Below are positions 47,403-60,518 of a stretch of 64,000 bases of DNA, one piece after another. Numbering within the stretch: position 1 is the first letter of the stretch; the number at the start of each line of letters is the position of its first letter. Both the position numbers and the translations under genes were made by a program. The stretch covers positions 568,706-632,705 of the forward strand of contig NW_015173705.1 in NCBI RefSeq assembly GCF_001447785.1. The letters run 5' to 3'. A model generated the notes under the pieces. The model worked only from the letters and a program-made list of their open reading frames with translations, searched no databases and was not told the origin of the DNA. This stretch comes from Gekko japonicus. Its lineage: Eukaryota.

Positions 47403-48620
47403 CAGGGGTGTCAAATTTAAGCCCTGGGGGCCGGAACCGGCCTGTTCAGGGCTCTTACCCGGCCCACAAGCAACTGGTGTGATGGAGGGAACAGGAGGCT
47501 GCTGGGGGAGGGGGGAGTGGGCAGAGCCACTCGTATTGTGGCTTCAGCATGGTGGAACAACATAATCTACAGCAGGCAGTCAGATCCCCTTAGCTTCAGT
47601 GGCAGCCTCACCAGTAAGTGGGGAGCTGCTGCAGCCGCACACATGCTGGCACAGGGTCCCAAGGCCAGGTTGCATGCCTCTCCACTCAGCCTGCAGCTCC
47701 GGGAATGCTGTCCTGGATGGCTGTAGGGATCAGTGTTTGCATGGGGGGGCACAGATGAGTGACAGTGGGCTTAGGAAGTGCTGCGACCTACTGGCAGCCA
47801 GTGCTGACACCATATTTGCACCCCCCACACACAAAGCAGGTGTGCTTTGGTGCACAGGGGCCTTCTTCGGCAGTCTCTTTCACACACACTGCGCCTCATA
47901 AGGGGGGCAATCTCCCGCTACAGTGAGCACTGGGTGGTCAGGGGCCTCTGCCACATGCACAGCCTTGTGATGCATGGTGCTGACTCCCGCATCAAATGTT
48001 CCGGTGGCCTTCAGCAGCTGCCGTCGCATGGGGTGGGCACGGCTTATCGACGATATCTGGCTTGAACCCCCAGGATTGCCCCATCATGGATCACCTGGCA
48101 GTCTTGGCTGGAGGCAGCCGCTGCAGCACGGGCCTCTCCAGCTTATCAGATTTTGCTTGGCCTGGGTCCTGCTGTGCACGTGGCTTTGTGCCTGGGCCAC
48201 CGCCCCCTCTTCTGCAGGTGGGGGTTAGTTCAACTTGTCTGCCCAGTCCCCTTCCATGGTGTCTCTTGGGCAGGGGGGAGCTCACAACACCCATCCACTT
48301 TGCGATTTTACCCTGGGGCTCGGGCTTATAGCATTGGGAGTGGGAGCAGGCTGGGGAAGGGGTTTGGCCCCCCATCCAGACAGTGTGGAGTGTCTGCCCA
48401 GTGCTGCACCGCTGGCTCTCCAGTCCACCCATGCAGGTTTTCTTCTACACCCAGCTCATGGGGCCTTGCAGTGAAGACACACCAACTTGGAGCTTACCGT
48501 TGCTGTCTTTTTTGTATGTCTGGTACCTGGCATTACATTTTATGGTACATATAGTCTGACTCAAAAAAGTGACATTTATGTCAGATCCAGCCCTTGTAAC
48601 AAATGATTTTGATACCTCTG
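47403..48620 (+). mobile_element. Non-autonomous hAT-type DNA transposon
   Basis: TIRs CAGGGGTGTCAAA / TTTGATACCTCTG; the TSD is diverged (ctctagcc / gtctaatt). Confidence 0.75.
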
Positions 48621-49210
48621 GTCTAATTGTCCAAGAAAACCGTCAATCATGTATACAGATGCATTTGAATATAGATGTTCCATGAACAGCTGGTGGCCTG
48701 CTCATGACTCACAGGCATAATATGAACTAAAACAATATATATTCAACCATGCCAAACACGGATCACCCTTCCACATGTTGACTGACTCTAGATGTATTTT
48801 TTTTCCTGGGACTTGCAATGTTGTCGGTTTGTTTTATCCTGCTTTGTTCAAGCTCTTCCTTATTCCTGATTTGGAATACCATTTTTCCTTCCTCTATCAC
48901 TTACAAACTTGAAGTTTAAATCTGCAGGGAGAGATGCCAGACATAAACTAATGGAATATCAAATTGACCACTAGAGGAAGCAAAGCATGTGCAGAACACA
49001 CACACACACACAAACAAACATCCGGCCCCCTGAAGCAACTGGAACTTACAAGCAAGGAAAATGAGAATGTGGAAAAGCCCTGAGTGGCCTGCATCAGAAG
49101 ATGCAAATGGTGTTGAAAGGCAGAAATGTATACTGCTATCTCAGAGAGACAGCATCATTACCATCCTTTGAGGAACAGAAAGAAAAGTGATTTAAGCCCC
49201 CTTTACTTAC

Positions 49211-49465
49211 AGTGTTGGGAGAGATTACTGTTTCCTGTTGTTGTCATCTTAGGCTTTGTCAGGCTGGTTGTGGTTGTGGGTGAATGAAAACTTGTAGTGT
49301 CCACAAAGATGCGTGATTCTTGGCTTTCTGTGCTCACGTTACTGGTGTTGCTGGTTGTAACAATGGTGGTAGTAGTGGTAGTCATAAAAGCAGTTGTAAG
49401 GTTGGTAACAGTGGGGAAGTGAGTTGGAGTAGAAACTGGCACAGTAGCTGAGGTAGTTGGAAGCT
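49211..49465 (-). CDS. LRP8: LRP8 O-linked sugar domain exon
   Basis: Ser/Thr-rich (E)LPTTSATVPVSTPTHF...NSNLSQH; 255 bp, phase 1-1, ttttag/gtaagt. Confidence 0.9.
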
Positions 49466-50199
49466 CTAAAAACACAATCAGTACAACCGTCACCTCAGGA
49501 GATACTCAAGACAAGTACAGTTTCATTTACCAGAGAAGCCAAGGGACTATCAAAACTGTATGAGACAACAATAAGTTCAGATAAGGAGGGATAATGAAAG
49601 TACTCCACATTGAAGAATATTGTGAGTAACCTAAGCCAACACATCTCTTTAAGGATACACACATTTTAAGAAACTACAGGGAAAGATCAACTACCAAAAT
49701 CATCATCAAGAAAATCTTCAAGTTTATGAAGGAAGACCAGAACAGGTAGGGCTTTTGGATTAGAAAATATTTGAGGGGACGTGTGAAAATTTTGTGGTGC
49801 CCTCAACAATGGCAGAAAGAACAAATAGAAAAATATTTTCTCTCCCCCATCCCTCCTCAGAAAATGCAAAAAATCAGGCTAATCAATGAAGTTGACTGAC
49901 AGTGGGCTTAGGAAGTACTGAAATGTGTGAGTTCCCTCTTTGCCGTGCGTGACAATGGGCTTAGGATGTACTTTGGCAGTGGAGTGAAATGTGTGAGTTC
50001 CCTCTTTGCCGTGCATGTAAATGGTCTGAACAGAGAATGGGAAAGTAACTTGTGCGCTGGCAGTGTTTCTGTATAACATTAGAAATTACTATACTACTGA
50101 ATATTTATTCATAATATTCTAAATGGCAGTGGTAATGGTATTTCCAGGGGAAGCAGGAGTAGGTTACAGGGAACTCCACAGTGTAAAAGTTGTCTTTAC

Positions 50200-50352
50200 C
50201 TTTGTAGCACTTTTTCATGTCAGGACCCAGCCACATATTGTCAGGGCAGGCACATGTATACTTTGGGGAATGTGGAGAGATCTGAGGTGCAGGAAGACAA
50301 AGGTATTCACAGCCTCCATTCGGTAGAAAACTGAGCTCACAGGAGTCCGGAG
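50200..50352 (-). CDS. LRP8: LRP8 EGF-C exon
   Basis: (A)[50 protein letters not shown]; 153 bp. Confidence 0.97.
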
Positions 50353-50589
50353 CTATATGAAGGGGGGTAAATAACAACAACAATATATAACGATGTATTT
50401 GATGCTCTTGATCATAATTCATTTTAAGTTTATCTCATAGAGTTTTGAGGATTTCTCCTCTTTTAGAACCATTATAATCTTGAGTCATTTCATGGTTGCA
50501 TATTACCAGGTAAACGGGTGGCAACATGAAGATTATTATGAGGTATATATACTGTCAGAAATTAGTTTCTAATTTAAGCACGCTTATTT

Positions 50590-50940
50590 GGAGCTGCGGT
50601 GGTTCAAGTGGTTAAGATGCTGAACTGCAGGCTGTGGAAGGTCAGTAGTTCAGCAGTTCGAGACCCAACTTGCCACATGACGGAGTGAGCTCCCGTCTCT
50701 AGTTCCAGCTCCTGCCAACCTAGCAGTTCGAAAGCGAGAAATTGCAAGCAGATAAATAGGTACCACTTCGGTGGGAAGGTAACAGCGTTCCGTACACCTT
50801 GATGTTTAGTCATGCCGGCCACATGACCACAGAAACGTCTTCAGACAGCGCTGGCTCTTCGGCTTTGAAACGGAGATGAGCACCGCAACCCTACAGTCGG
50901 ACTCAACTGACTTTCGAGCAAGGGAACCTTTACCTTTACT
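50590..50940 (+). mobile_element. Sauria SINE, full length
   Basis: tRNA-like head with GTTCGAGAC B-box, Sauria body, (ACCTTT)n tail, flanking ttatttg duplication. Confidence 0.9.
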
Positions 50941-51484
50941 TTATTTGAAAGTAAGGGTGTTTCACACATGATGACTTTCCTATGCACTGCATGTACCACT
51001 GCACATGTAATTAATTATTTTAGTGCTTGGGCTGATGAAACCCAAATGACTTCATAGGACTCACTTCCAAGAAAAATGTCTTTAGGATCAAGGCATAAGA
51101 ACTCCTTTTTTATTCATCTAGCTGTATAGCTCTTAGAGAAAATATACAACAGAAGAAGTACAGCAGTAATACTAAATCTGTCAGTCTGTCCCAGCTACCA
51201 TCGGTGTAAAAGGGCTCTGTTTTAATCCTCTTTCTTTTATGTTTTTTTTTGTGTGTGGGAATTTGTAAGCGCTAATTTTCTGGCCCTAATGAGAGACAAA
51301 ACCATTAGCGATTCACTGTAGTGTAATGCTTGAGAAACTCAAGTTCAGATCCTCACTCAGCTACGAAGCTTACTGGGTGACCGTGGGCCAAGCTCTCTCT
51401 CTCAACCAAATCAACCTCTGAATAACCTGTGGAAGGGGAGCTTTTGAGCTCCTTGGAAAGTGGGCAGGATAAAAATGTGGACTG

Positions 51485-52495
51485 ATAAACTGAAGCTGCT
51501 GCTGGTCAGTGGTGCCACTGTTCTGGATGGGTTGCACTCCCCTTGAAGGGACAGGTCCATAGTCTGCAGATGCTTTTGGACCCGGGCCTACTGCTGGATA
51601 AGTAGGTGGCAGCTTGTAGTCAGGAGTGCTTTTTGCCAGTTTTGACTGGTTAGCCAGCTGTGGCCTTTCCTGGGCAGAAAAAGATCTGGCCACTGTGATG
51701 CATGTCCTGGGTTCATCTAGATTAGGTTAGTACAATGCAGTGCACAAGGTCCATCCTGGAGAATTGTTCAGAAACTTCAAGTGGTACAGAATGCTATTTC
51801 CATTATGTTAACTAGGGGTGTGCAAAAAACAAACACACACACCCCCATGGTATTTTCTGGGTTTGGGTATATTGAACCTGAAAAATATTGGCATTTTCTG
51901 ATATTCCTGAAACCTAATACCATTGTGGTATTCTGATTCGGTAAATATTCTGGAAACTTGATTTTTCCTGGCTCCTTTATACCCTATGGGGGCAGTTATA
52001 GTCAATGGTCCCCATAGGTTATAATGGAGAATTGATCCGGGGGTATTTAGGGCTCGGGGGGGGGGCTGTTTTTTGAGGTAGAGGCAGAAAATTTGCAGCA
52101 TAGCTGCTGGTGCCTCTCCTCAAAACCTCCCTTCCCAGATTTCAAAAAGGTGAATGGCAATTCAGGAGAGGTCTTCTCAGTCATTGCACCAAAGATCTGG
52201 AACTCTCTTCTCAGACAGATTTTTCTGTCCACTTCGGTTGCCATCTTCTGCCAGTGGGTGAAGACTTTTTTGTTTCATGTGGATATTCACTCATTGATTT
52301 GTCCTTTCTGACGCATGTTTTAATGCTGTACATATTTTACTCTGTTTTTAATTTGTTTTAATGATCTCTGTTGTGGACGGTGATGTTAATGGTTTACAAA
52401 TTATTTTATCATGTATGTTTTAACTGGTTAGCTGACTTGGTGGCCCTTGTGAGGGGGAAACGTGGAATATAAATTCTGTAAATCAATCAATCAAT
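51485..52495 (+). mobile_element. L2-like LINE fragments interrupted by a TAGGGGTGTGC-ended DNA element (~51814-52150)
   Basis: 51485-51795 matches 43870-44215; 52150-52490 matches the L2 3' end. Confidence 0.7.
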
Positions 52496-52706
52496 CAAAC
52501 AGAATACCAAAGTCAGACACTCGTGGGTTTTGCAATACAACCTTAAGCAGAGTTACACTCTTTTAAGTCCAATGAAGTCTTAGAAGGGTGTAATTCTGTT
52601 TAGGATTGTACTGTTAATATGTTATATAGTGGATCTGGATCTTCCTCTGATAACCTACTACAGTTATAAAACTTTGGTCCATTATTGTATACAAAGCATT
52701 CCTTAC

Positions 52707-52848
52707 CTTTTGGCTGTTTCAATTCATGAAATACTACAATATCATGTGGGTTATTGAGATTCTCTGCTAAAATAGAGATGTCCAGCCCATTCAACCGGTT
52801 GGCACTGAAGATTGCCTCATTCTCAAGGTCAGTCCAGAATACCCTGTC
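52707..52848 (-). CDS. LRP8: LRP8 YWTD exon
   Basis: DRVFWTDLENEAIFSANRLNGLDISILAENLNNPHDIVVFHELKQPK; 142 bp. Confidence 0.97.
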
Positions 52849-54305
52849 CTGCAAAAACAGAGACTGCATTGTGCACCAGATTGAATATTTTAAATATGTG
52901 TCTCTGTGTATCAGTCTCCTTGGTGTTCTCATAACACTTCATTCTGAGCCCTGTTCACATACAAAGGAAGTGGGCTACAGTATGATTAAGCTCTGTCAGG
53001 TCTATCCTAAATATACATTTCCAAGGCATTGTGAAGCCCACTGAAATCAATGGTGCTCAGTGCATTGTGGGCTCATTTTGAGATTTTAGTTACTTGGTCC
53101 TAATCCACCACCTCTCTGGATGGTGATACTTCACCTCGTGGATCATCTGATCTATTCAGCTGCCTCTGAGGACAGCCATTGCAGCCACTTTGCCTGAGCT
53201 AAGAAGGACCCCCTGGGGCTGAGGGGTGGGACTGGCCTCATTCTCTGAAACCACTTCTTGTTGCCATCACACTTTAAAGTATCCTGAGGGGAGATGGGCT
53301 CAGAGAAGGTGCTCCTTTTCCAAGACCAGCTATACATCCTTCTCCACAGTCCTTTAAACTGCAAGCCAACAACTGGAGGGAATGTACTTTAATAAAAACA
53401 GGAGTGATAATACTATTATAAACAGGAAGCCCACCATTCTCTGGCACAACATTTTCAGGGTGCTTATTAAGAGACAGCCCTAAGAATGTTATGTTTAGCT
53501 GAACTATGAGGAAGTGAAAGGTAAGAAAGATATAAGCTCCCCACTTTTTTGTAAAGAGTATTAGGGAACTAAACTGCATTTCTCTGCCTTGTGTGACCAC
53601 AATAATTTATGAACAGGATCTGAAGTGATTTACTAGAAACTGGAACACTCCCTAGCATCCTAGAGAAAATGCCATTATATGCTAAATCCTCCTTCCCTTC
53701 CAAAGGTGTGACCTGTATTAAATTAGTTTTCATGTAGAGCAAGCCACTGAATTTCTGAGAGACTTTATCAGGATTATTCTGGCCTGTTTCAGGGTACAAT
53801 TCCTCAAATTATGCAATCAAAATATATTGTGCAATCTAAGAACGCCACATAATTAATTTACGTTCCTATTTTGTACTATGTCTGAGTATGCCAATAAAAG
53901 GTATTACTGACTGACTTACTGACTGAATTAATTTACGTAATTCTAACTTTCAACAGACTTCCATTTTTTGCTCTTTGGCATTTCCTACCAGCAAGGTTAC
54001 TGCTTCTGATCAGGCCCATTTCTGACTCTCCCATTCCTTACAAAAGCTTTGGCCCTGCTATTTGCATGCATCTTGAACAGCCAACTAGGTACTCCACCTC
54101 ACAATCCCACTTCTTGAATCACAAATATGACACATACCTAGACAATTGCATCTCCCACTCTAACACTGTCCGGCTATTTGCTGTTAATGTTCAATATCGG
54201 TAGCTCTTCATTCAGTTCCAGACCCGCTTCTCAATAGTTCCTTGAATAAGGTTGTAGCTAGTATTCAGGTTCTAGCTAGGATTAGTCGCCCCCCTAGTCT
54301 CATAC

Positions 54306-54445
54306 CTCAAATACTGCTAGTCCAAAGGGATGGCTCAAGTAGTTTGCAGAAGAGATGAGGACTTTCCTGTTGCTGCCATTGAAATCTACACTTGAAAGTA
54401 AGTGTAACTTGGAGTCTACCCAGTAGAGACGCTGATTCAACAAAT
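54306..54445 (-). CDS. LRP8: LRP8 YWTD exon
   Basis: (D)[46 protein letters not shown]; 140 bp. Confidence 0.96.
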
Positions 54446-54548
54446 CTGAGAAGCAAAAAAGTCAAGGTGAAATATAGCCATATGCATTTGATCTTCCTAG
54501 TTATTATTGTAGTTACTATTGCTTCTTCAGCAACCTGAGATATACACC

Positions 54549-55011
54549 CAGGGGTCATTTCGTAGAAAAAGAGCTAAGGGAACTCATTAGCATAACTCAT
54601 TAGCATATGCCACACACCCTGACATCACCGGAAGTGTGTCATAAGGCCACACCACCTGACATCACCGGAAGTGTGTCATAAGGCCACACACCCCGCCCCC
54701 AACGGTCCTGGCCGCCGGTGGCGGCCTTGCAGCTCCACTGCCGAGCCCCATGAGGGGCCCGGCGGTGGACCTGCAAGGCCGGCGGGAGTGCAAGGAAGCC
54801 CCGCGAAGGCCCTCCCTGGCCCCAGGCAGGCAGGGGTGGGGAGAGGCAGGGAGGAAGCAACTTACCCTCCCTCTTCTCCTGCCTACTCCTGGCTAAATGA
54901 GGGCCGGAAGCAGGGCGGCCGGAAGCAGGGGGCGGGGCTTCGTCATGCGCCCCCCCGTACCTCACCCGGGGGAACTGCGATCCCCTGTGTTCCTCCCCGA
55001 AATGACCTCTG
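54549..55011 (+). mobile_element. GC-rich hAT-type MITE
   Basis: TIRs CAGGGGTCATTTCG / CGAAATGACCTCTG; perfect TSD tatacacc. Confidence 0.9.
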
Positions 55012-55545
55012 TATACACCTTTTATAAATATATAATGCATGGGGGTATACCGGATGGGTCCCTTTTCTGCAGGGAGTGGGTGGTCTTAGACATGGTCTTA
55101 TGTGCAGGAGCACCCATGCAGCTCCTCTACCCATTTATTTTATTTATTTTTATTTAATTAGGGTCCTGCATATTTCCCCATGTAGCTGGAAGAAAAGATG
55201 GAGAGGAGAAGAGGGATTTGAGCAAACCTCTTCCCTGCTCTTTATTCCAGCCCTTCAGTGAAGCTGTTCTGTACAAACTAACAGAAACTGGGTTGCAATT
55301 TATACATCTCCTGCACATTGCCTACTTTAGTGTTATCAAAATGTTATGGAGTGAAAAGTACTGAGCCAGCAGAAGAACCTCAGGAGGATATACACCATCT
55401 GCAAACATTTGTATTGATTGAAAGGACCAGCCACAGTTAAGAGAAAATCCTCTTAGACATGTATGGTTATTTTCCTCTTCCTTAGTTAACTGTACAAACT
55501 AAGACTTGGGGTTCGTGATGACCTGATTCCAGTTTGGCTGCTTAC

Positions 55546-55664
55546 CTAAGGTGATGCCATTGGGCCACTCAATGTTTTCTTTTACAAGCACTTGCCGATC
55601 CACACCATTCAAGCCAGATTTTTCAATTTTTGCTATGTCACCCCAGTCAGACCAATATATGAAT
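55546..55664 (-). CDS. LRP8: LRP8 YWTD exon
   Basis: [39 protein letters not shown]; 119 bp, cag/gtaagc. Confidence 0.96.
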
Positions 55665-56339
55665 CTGTAAGAGATGGGAAGTCTTAAATCAAAAGATGCA
55701 GTTCTACCATTCTCTGTCTGTGGTTGCTGCTTCTTTAAACAACCTTAATCCCATTTCACCCACATCCAGATAACTGAATTCTGTAAAGGAGTATGTATTA
55801 ATTTGGTTGAGACCAGACCTACATTCATAAGGTGCTTCTCATGAACTATGTTCTCTTGCTCAGTCATAGAACAGCAAAATTACCAAAGGGTGCCCAACAC
55901 CACAATCAAGTGCTGCAGCTGTGTGACAATCATAAGACTCTGAACTTGATTCAGTATGAAAGCACACAGAGGGAAATGTACATGGTACAAAGCTCTTCAG
56001 TTCCAGTAGGACCAGAGCAGAGCTTGTGAATTCACAAAATGGAATCATACTGAATCAATCTGAGTCTTCTAAAGCTACAAACTATGAAAGGCACAGAGGA
56101 CATCCGAGCCAGCTTCCTGATTTGAGGGGAGGGCCTCCATATTCCAACTTCCTAACAGCCCTAGATGAATCAAGGAGCAATGTACAGGTCAGTTACGAGT
56201 CTCACTAATACTGAAATTCTCAATCTCTTGCCAACTGAGTTTTCATATATCATAACACACTGATTGTCACAGCCACACGCCCTGTTGTGCAATACACTGT
56301 GGCAAAATAGAACATCTTGCCCTCTCTTTCACACCTTAC

Positions 56340-56567
56340 CCCTGTATTGGATCCACTGCAATGGCTCTGGGCTCACTTAAATTAGTACTGAAAAGTGTCC
56401 TTCTCTTAGTACCATCAGCCGTGGCTACAGAAACGGTCTTGTTTCCTGAATCCGTCCAGTAGATGTTCTTGTGAACCCAATCTATTGCCAGGCCTTCAGG
56501 AGAATTCAGTTGACTGTCTATTAGCACCACATGCTCTGCCGTGTCACTGGCTTTGTCTATGTAGGCA
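56340..56567 (-). CDS. LRP8: LRP8 YWTD exon
   Basis: (S)AYIDKASD...[26 protein letters not shown]...[11 protein letters not shown](G); 228 bp. Confidence 0.97.
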
Positions 56568-58968
56568 CTGTGGAGACCAAAATTGACACCGTTTATGAAG
56601 AGGGAAAAGTAGTAGTGGTGGTGCTGATACTGGAAGGGTGGCGGGGAAAGGATGAAAAAGAAAGGAAATTGCATGAAGTTGCAGCATTGGTATCCTAACA
56701 GGAAAATTCTACAGCCTCAATTAAAATTCTGCATGCAAAGCCAAATTCTGCAGTTAACACTATCATGTAAATATACCAATTATGTAAATTTGCTTTAGTA
56801 TGTGTTACTGTGTGAAGGGGGCATAGCTCTTTATGAACAATTGTTTCTATGGGTCTATTCGTCCTTTTGGTTACATATTTTATATTATTATATGTTTCCT
56901 CTGTCTAATTCTATCATATGATAAATAAAATATTAAATGTTCCCCCATTCCTAAAAACAAAACAAAAACATTTTACTGGGGAAGGATGGTTTAGGTGGAA
57001 GGAAGAAATGACAACTCCACTAAAACAATCGTTCTCTGCTCTCTTTTCTTATTGCCAAAAGCTCAGGGTAGCAGAAGCAAATGCTCCTCAAGCAGAGTGA
57101 TGATGGGGGAGGAGGGGAGAGCTGTTTGTCAGAAACCACTCACCAGCCCTTTAATTCTTAATGAACTATGTATACATTTGAAAGGCTGTCATTTCTTCCC
57201 CTGCCACTGTGAAGAAAGTTGCTCGTCACATTACTGAGGAGAATGTCATTGCAGCTAGCCACCAGTCAACCTGCTTGCCACAGGAGGCACCCTTCCCTTA
57301 GGCTGCTTAAGGAACAGAGTAGCATATGTTGGCTATGTTCTTTAGGGGGTTAGGAAAGGTCACAGCAAATATAATGGTGGTGTCAGGCTTGGCTCACCTG
57401 CCCTTTTCTGATGGGTTGGAGGGACTCTATTTTCTGCACTAATTTTCTTTTCCAAGCTGGCTGCCTTGACAGGGAACCACAGAAAATCATTTTGGCTCCT
57501 GGACCAGTGACTGACACTGGCTGTTAGGCAGGAAGAGGATGCAGGCTCTGTCCCCCTTGTTGTTATGATCTGTCACAGTCCTAACTTGGATTCTGTTGAT
57601 ATGCCATTTGGCTTCCAGAGAATACAGTAGGTGGCACCCTTCTCTTTCTGGTGGACACAAAGACCTTCCATGCTAGTATAAGTGCAGTGGCTAAGAATAT
57701 GAAGTGTGCTGCTAGCATTATTATTTGCACACATGTGGAATGAGTTGGGCTGTTCTGTATGCATATGGCTTGGTTGCCATTATGCATCTGTACTGCAAGG
57801 AATACTGAATATCTCTTGCAAGGATCATACACTGCCTGTTTGTTTTTGCATTTTTGAATAACTTGCACACATTCTGTATTCATATCCCACCCCCTGATCA
57901 CAGGCCCTATCACAGGATATGCAAGGCTGCAAAAACAAAAATAAATAAGAAGCACAAGCAACTTTTTAACCATGAAGGCTGAACTAGTTAGTGAGGGTAA
58001 GAAATACCAAGTAGGTTCTTTTAAGGGCAACTACCATAAGATCCCAGGTGAAGGATATTTATCCACATACAGATTTTGATCCTCCTCAAAATTTCTACTT
58101 GCAAGGATCATACACTGTAGCTCTTGCACAAGCAGAAATGCAAGGAAAAGACTGTGGTAGCCATGTGAACATAAGAGAAGCCAATGTTGAATCAGGCTAA
58201 CACTCTGTCACACAGTGGCCAAAAATACCAGGTGCCATCAGGAGGTCCACTAATGGGGCCAAGTCAAACTTCCTGTATCCCCACTTGCATTCTGTGTGAC
58301 TAAGATCGTGTGCAACCAGTTTCTGAGCACTATAACATATAGGGAGGGAAGTACTAGGTGTTGCACAAGATCTTGCACAACTGGGACTGCACTAAGTCTG
58401 TTTATGTTTCCACTTGTGCATCACAGGATCCAAGCCATGCTTTAGCAGCAGTTAGTTGAAGATGGAACATCTGATCTCTTATCATCACCAGTCAGTCATA
58501 TATTCACCTTGGAAATATTTTGTTTAAGTAGACACTTCCACTGTAAATGTTTGGGTCAAATGCACATGACTGTAATGGGGGGACAAGTGCAATTCAAATT
58601 CCAGTGCACAAGACTGACTTTGCTGTAACAACCAGATGAGATTTCACTGTGCAAGTAGATGCCGCCTCAGAACACTAATCTGAGCACTGTGCCCCAGGGG
58701 CACACAGATGAATACTTTCAGTATTTGCATTCTTGCACTGAAGAAGCAAAGAAACGGATACTGACAGATTGCAATTAAGTCACTATAATGTGTGGCGATG
58801 GCCACTACCTTCAGTGACTCTTGAATTACACAAATTCACAGAGGGGCAGGTCTCTTAAAGATTCTTGCACTCAGTCTGATAATACAGCAGTATTTTTATG
58901 AGAGGTCACAACATTAGCAGTACATAAAATGAAGCATGCCTAAGGATAGCTGAGTGACATCTTCGCAC

Positions 58969-59140
58969 CTGTAGATCTTCCTATAGAATAAATCACACCA
59001 GAATATCCTATTTGTTGCCACCTCCACGTCCAAAGCGACAACGTTCTTCAGCATAGGGATGACGCGGGAGTAGTCCCTTTTCACCAAGTCGATCTTGCGT
59101 ACTTCATGACGGTTTGTGAAAACCAAGTATGGGCTCTTCC
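58969..59140 (-). CDS. LRP8: LRP8 beta-propeller exon
   Basis: (G)[56 protein letters not shown]; 172 bp with cag/gt boundaries. Confidence 0.96.
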
Positions 59141-60310
59141 CTGCCACAAAACAAAACCCTGAAAGTCACCTCAACTTTCTTTCTCAGGACTTTACAGAAT
59201 AGCACAGCTCTCAGATCCAGCAGCTTCATTTTAAGAGCATGCCCCGGCTGGGAGAGAATAAAAGCTTTCAGATTCACTGAATTTGTCTGCAAGAACAGGA
59301 AGGGCTTGCAGCTGTTCTCACCAGCATTTCTAAGTTGTATTTGCATCAGCTGAGCAAAAAGCTACCCATCACCTTTTTTCTGAACTTGGCAGATGGAGGA
59401 ATCATTCACACATGGGTACAGTGTGAACATTTTTTGATGTTCACACAAACACATCAATATCTCTTGCAGTGAAATCCACATATTAAAACCCATGCAGAAA
59501 GCTACATGTGAGATTCAGATAACATTGCTTTGCATGTTACATTTTCCTTATGACTCCAGTAAGAAGCTAGAAAGAGAGTTAATCAATCCTCATTCTACCC
59601 AGGTACTGAAGGTATCACAGGGAGATGTTCTTTCCATATAGATTACAGATGTGCACTGGGAACATGTGGAGTGTTTGGGTGTCTGCAGCCTCTAAAAGAC
59701 ACAAACAGCCCTGATGGTTGCACAGATTAACAGAGTCAAGTTATGTATTAGAAATAAAAATTCTCCTATAGCAGGTGACTTGCACCTCACCTCAGATATA
59801 ATCGAAAGGTGGGGAGCCAAGAAAGCATGGGAAATGGCATGACAAGAATACCCACACTGGAATTCTAAACCCAGTATGTCTGTCTGCAGGGAAAGTTCAC
59901 AGGTTAACAGTTATATTTTCTGGTGTATGTACACTGATAAGTGACTCACACAATGCAAATACATGTTAAACAGCATAAACTGAGCCATTTGTATCTCTAG
60001 ACAAAGCTGCCAATTTGGTATCTGCAAGAGAGCTGCAGAAGACTAACCCAGGTTGCAGCTTTGTGTGTGCTTCTTTTTTTAACTAACCTGAGTCAATATA
60101 TTTTGCTTTCTGATCTGATTTTCAGGAAGCTGATGGGTAACTATAATAACAATGAAAACTGCTTTGCTTAGATCCCAGCAATGCAGCTGCAAAAGAAGAA
60201 GTTTTTCAGCTTCCAATTTTTCTTTGGTTTCTCTTTCCCCGGTCTTTCAGTTCAAAAGCTGGTCTTGGTGTTCTAAGACATGGCAGATGAGGATCTGAGC
60301 ATTTGCTTAC

Positions 60311-60436
60311 CTACAGCTTTGCAGTTTTTGGACAAGGTGTCCATCTCATAACCCTTGTAGCATTCACATTTATAGTCTCCCTTGTAGTTAATGCAGATCT
60401 GGCTACAGGCATCAGGATTCTCACATTCGTCTATGT
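60311..60436 (-). CDS. LRP8: LRP8 EGF-B exon
   Basis: ccag| (D)[41 protein letters not shown] |gtaagc; 126 bp. Confidence 0.96.
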
Positions 60437-60518
60437 CTGGAAGGACAGTTTGAACATCATCAGTAACTCAAAATCAAGCCCATTGAGGAAAGAATGAGCC
60501 TGGAGTAAGCTAGAATTA

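Noticed and set aside
47517-48554. Cluster of overlapping 70-130-aa ORFs
   Set aside because: GC-rich interior of a non-autonomous hAT element; no transposase or other motifs.
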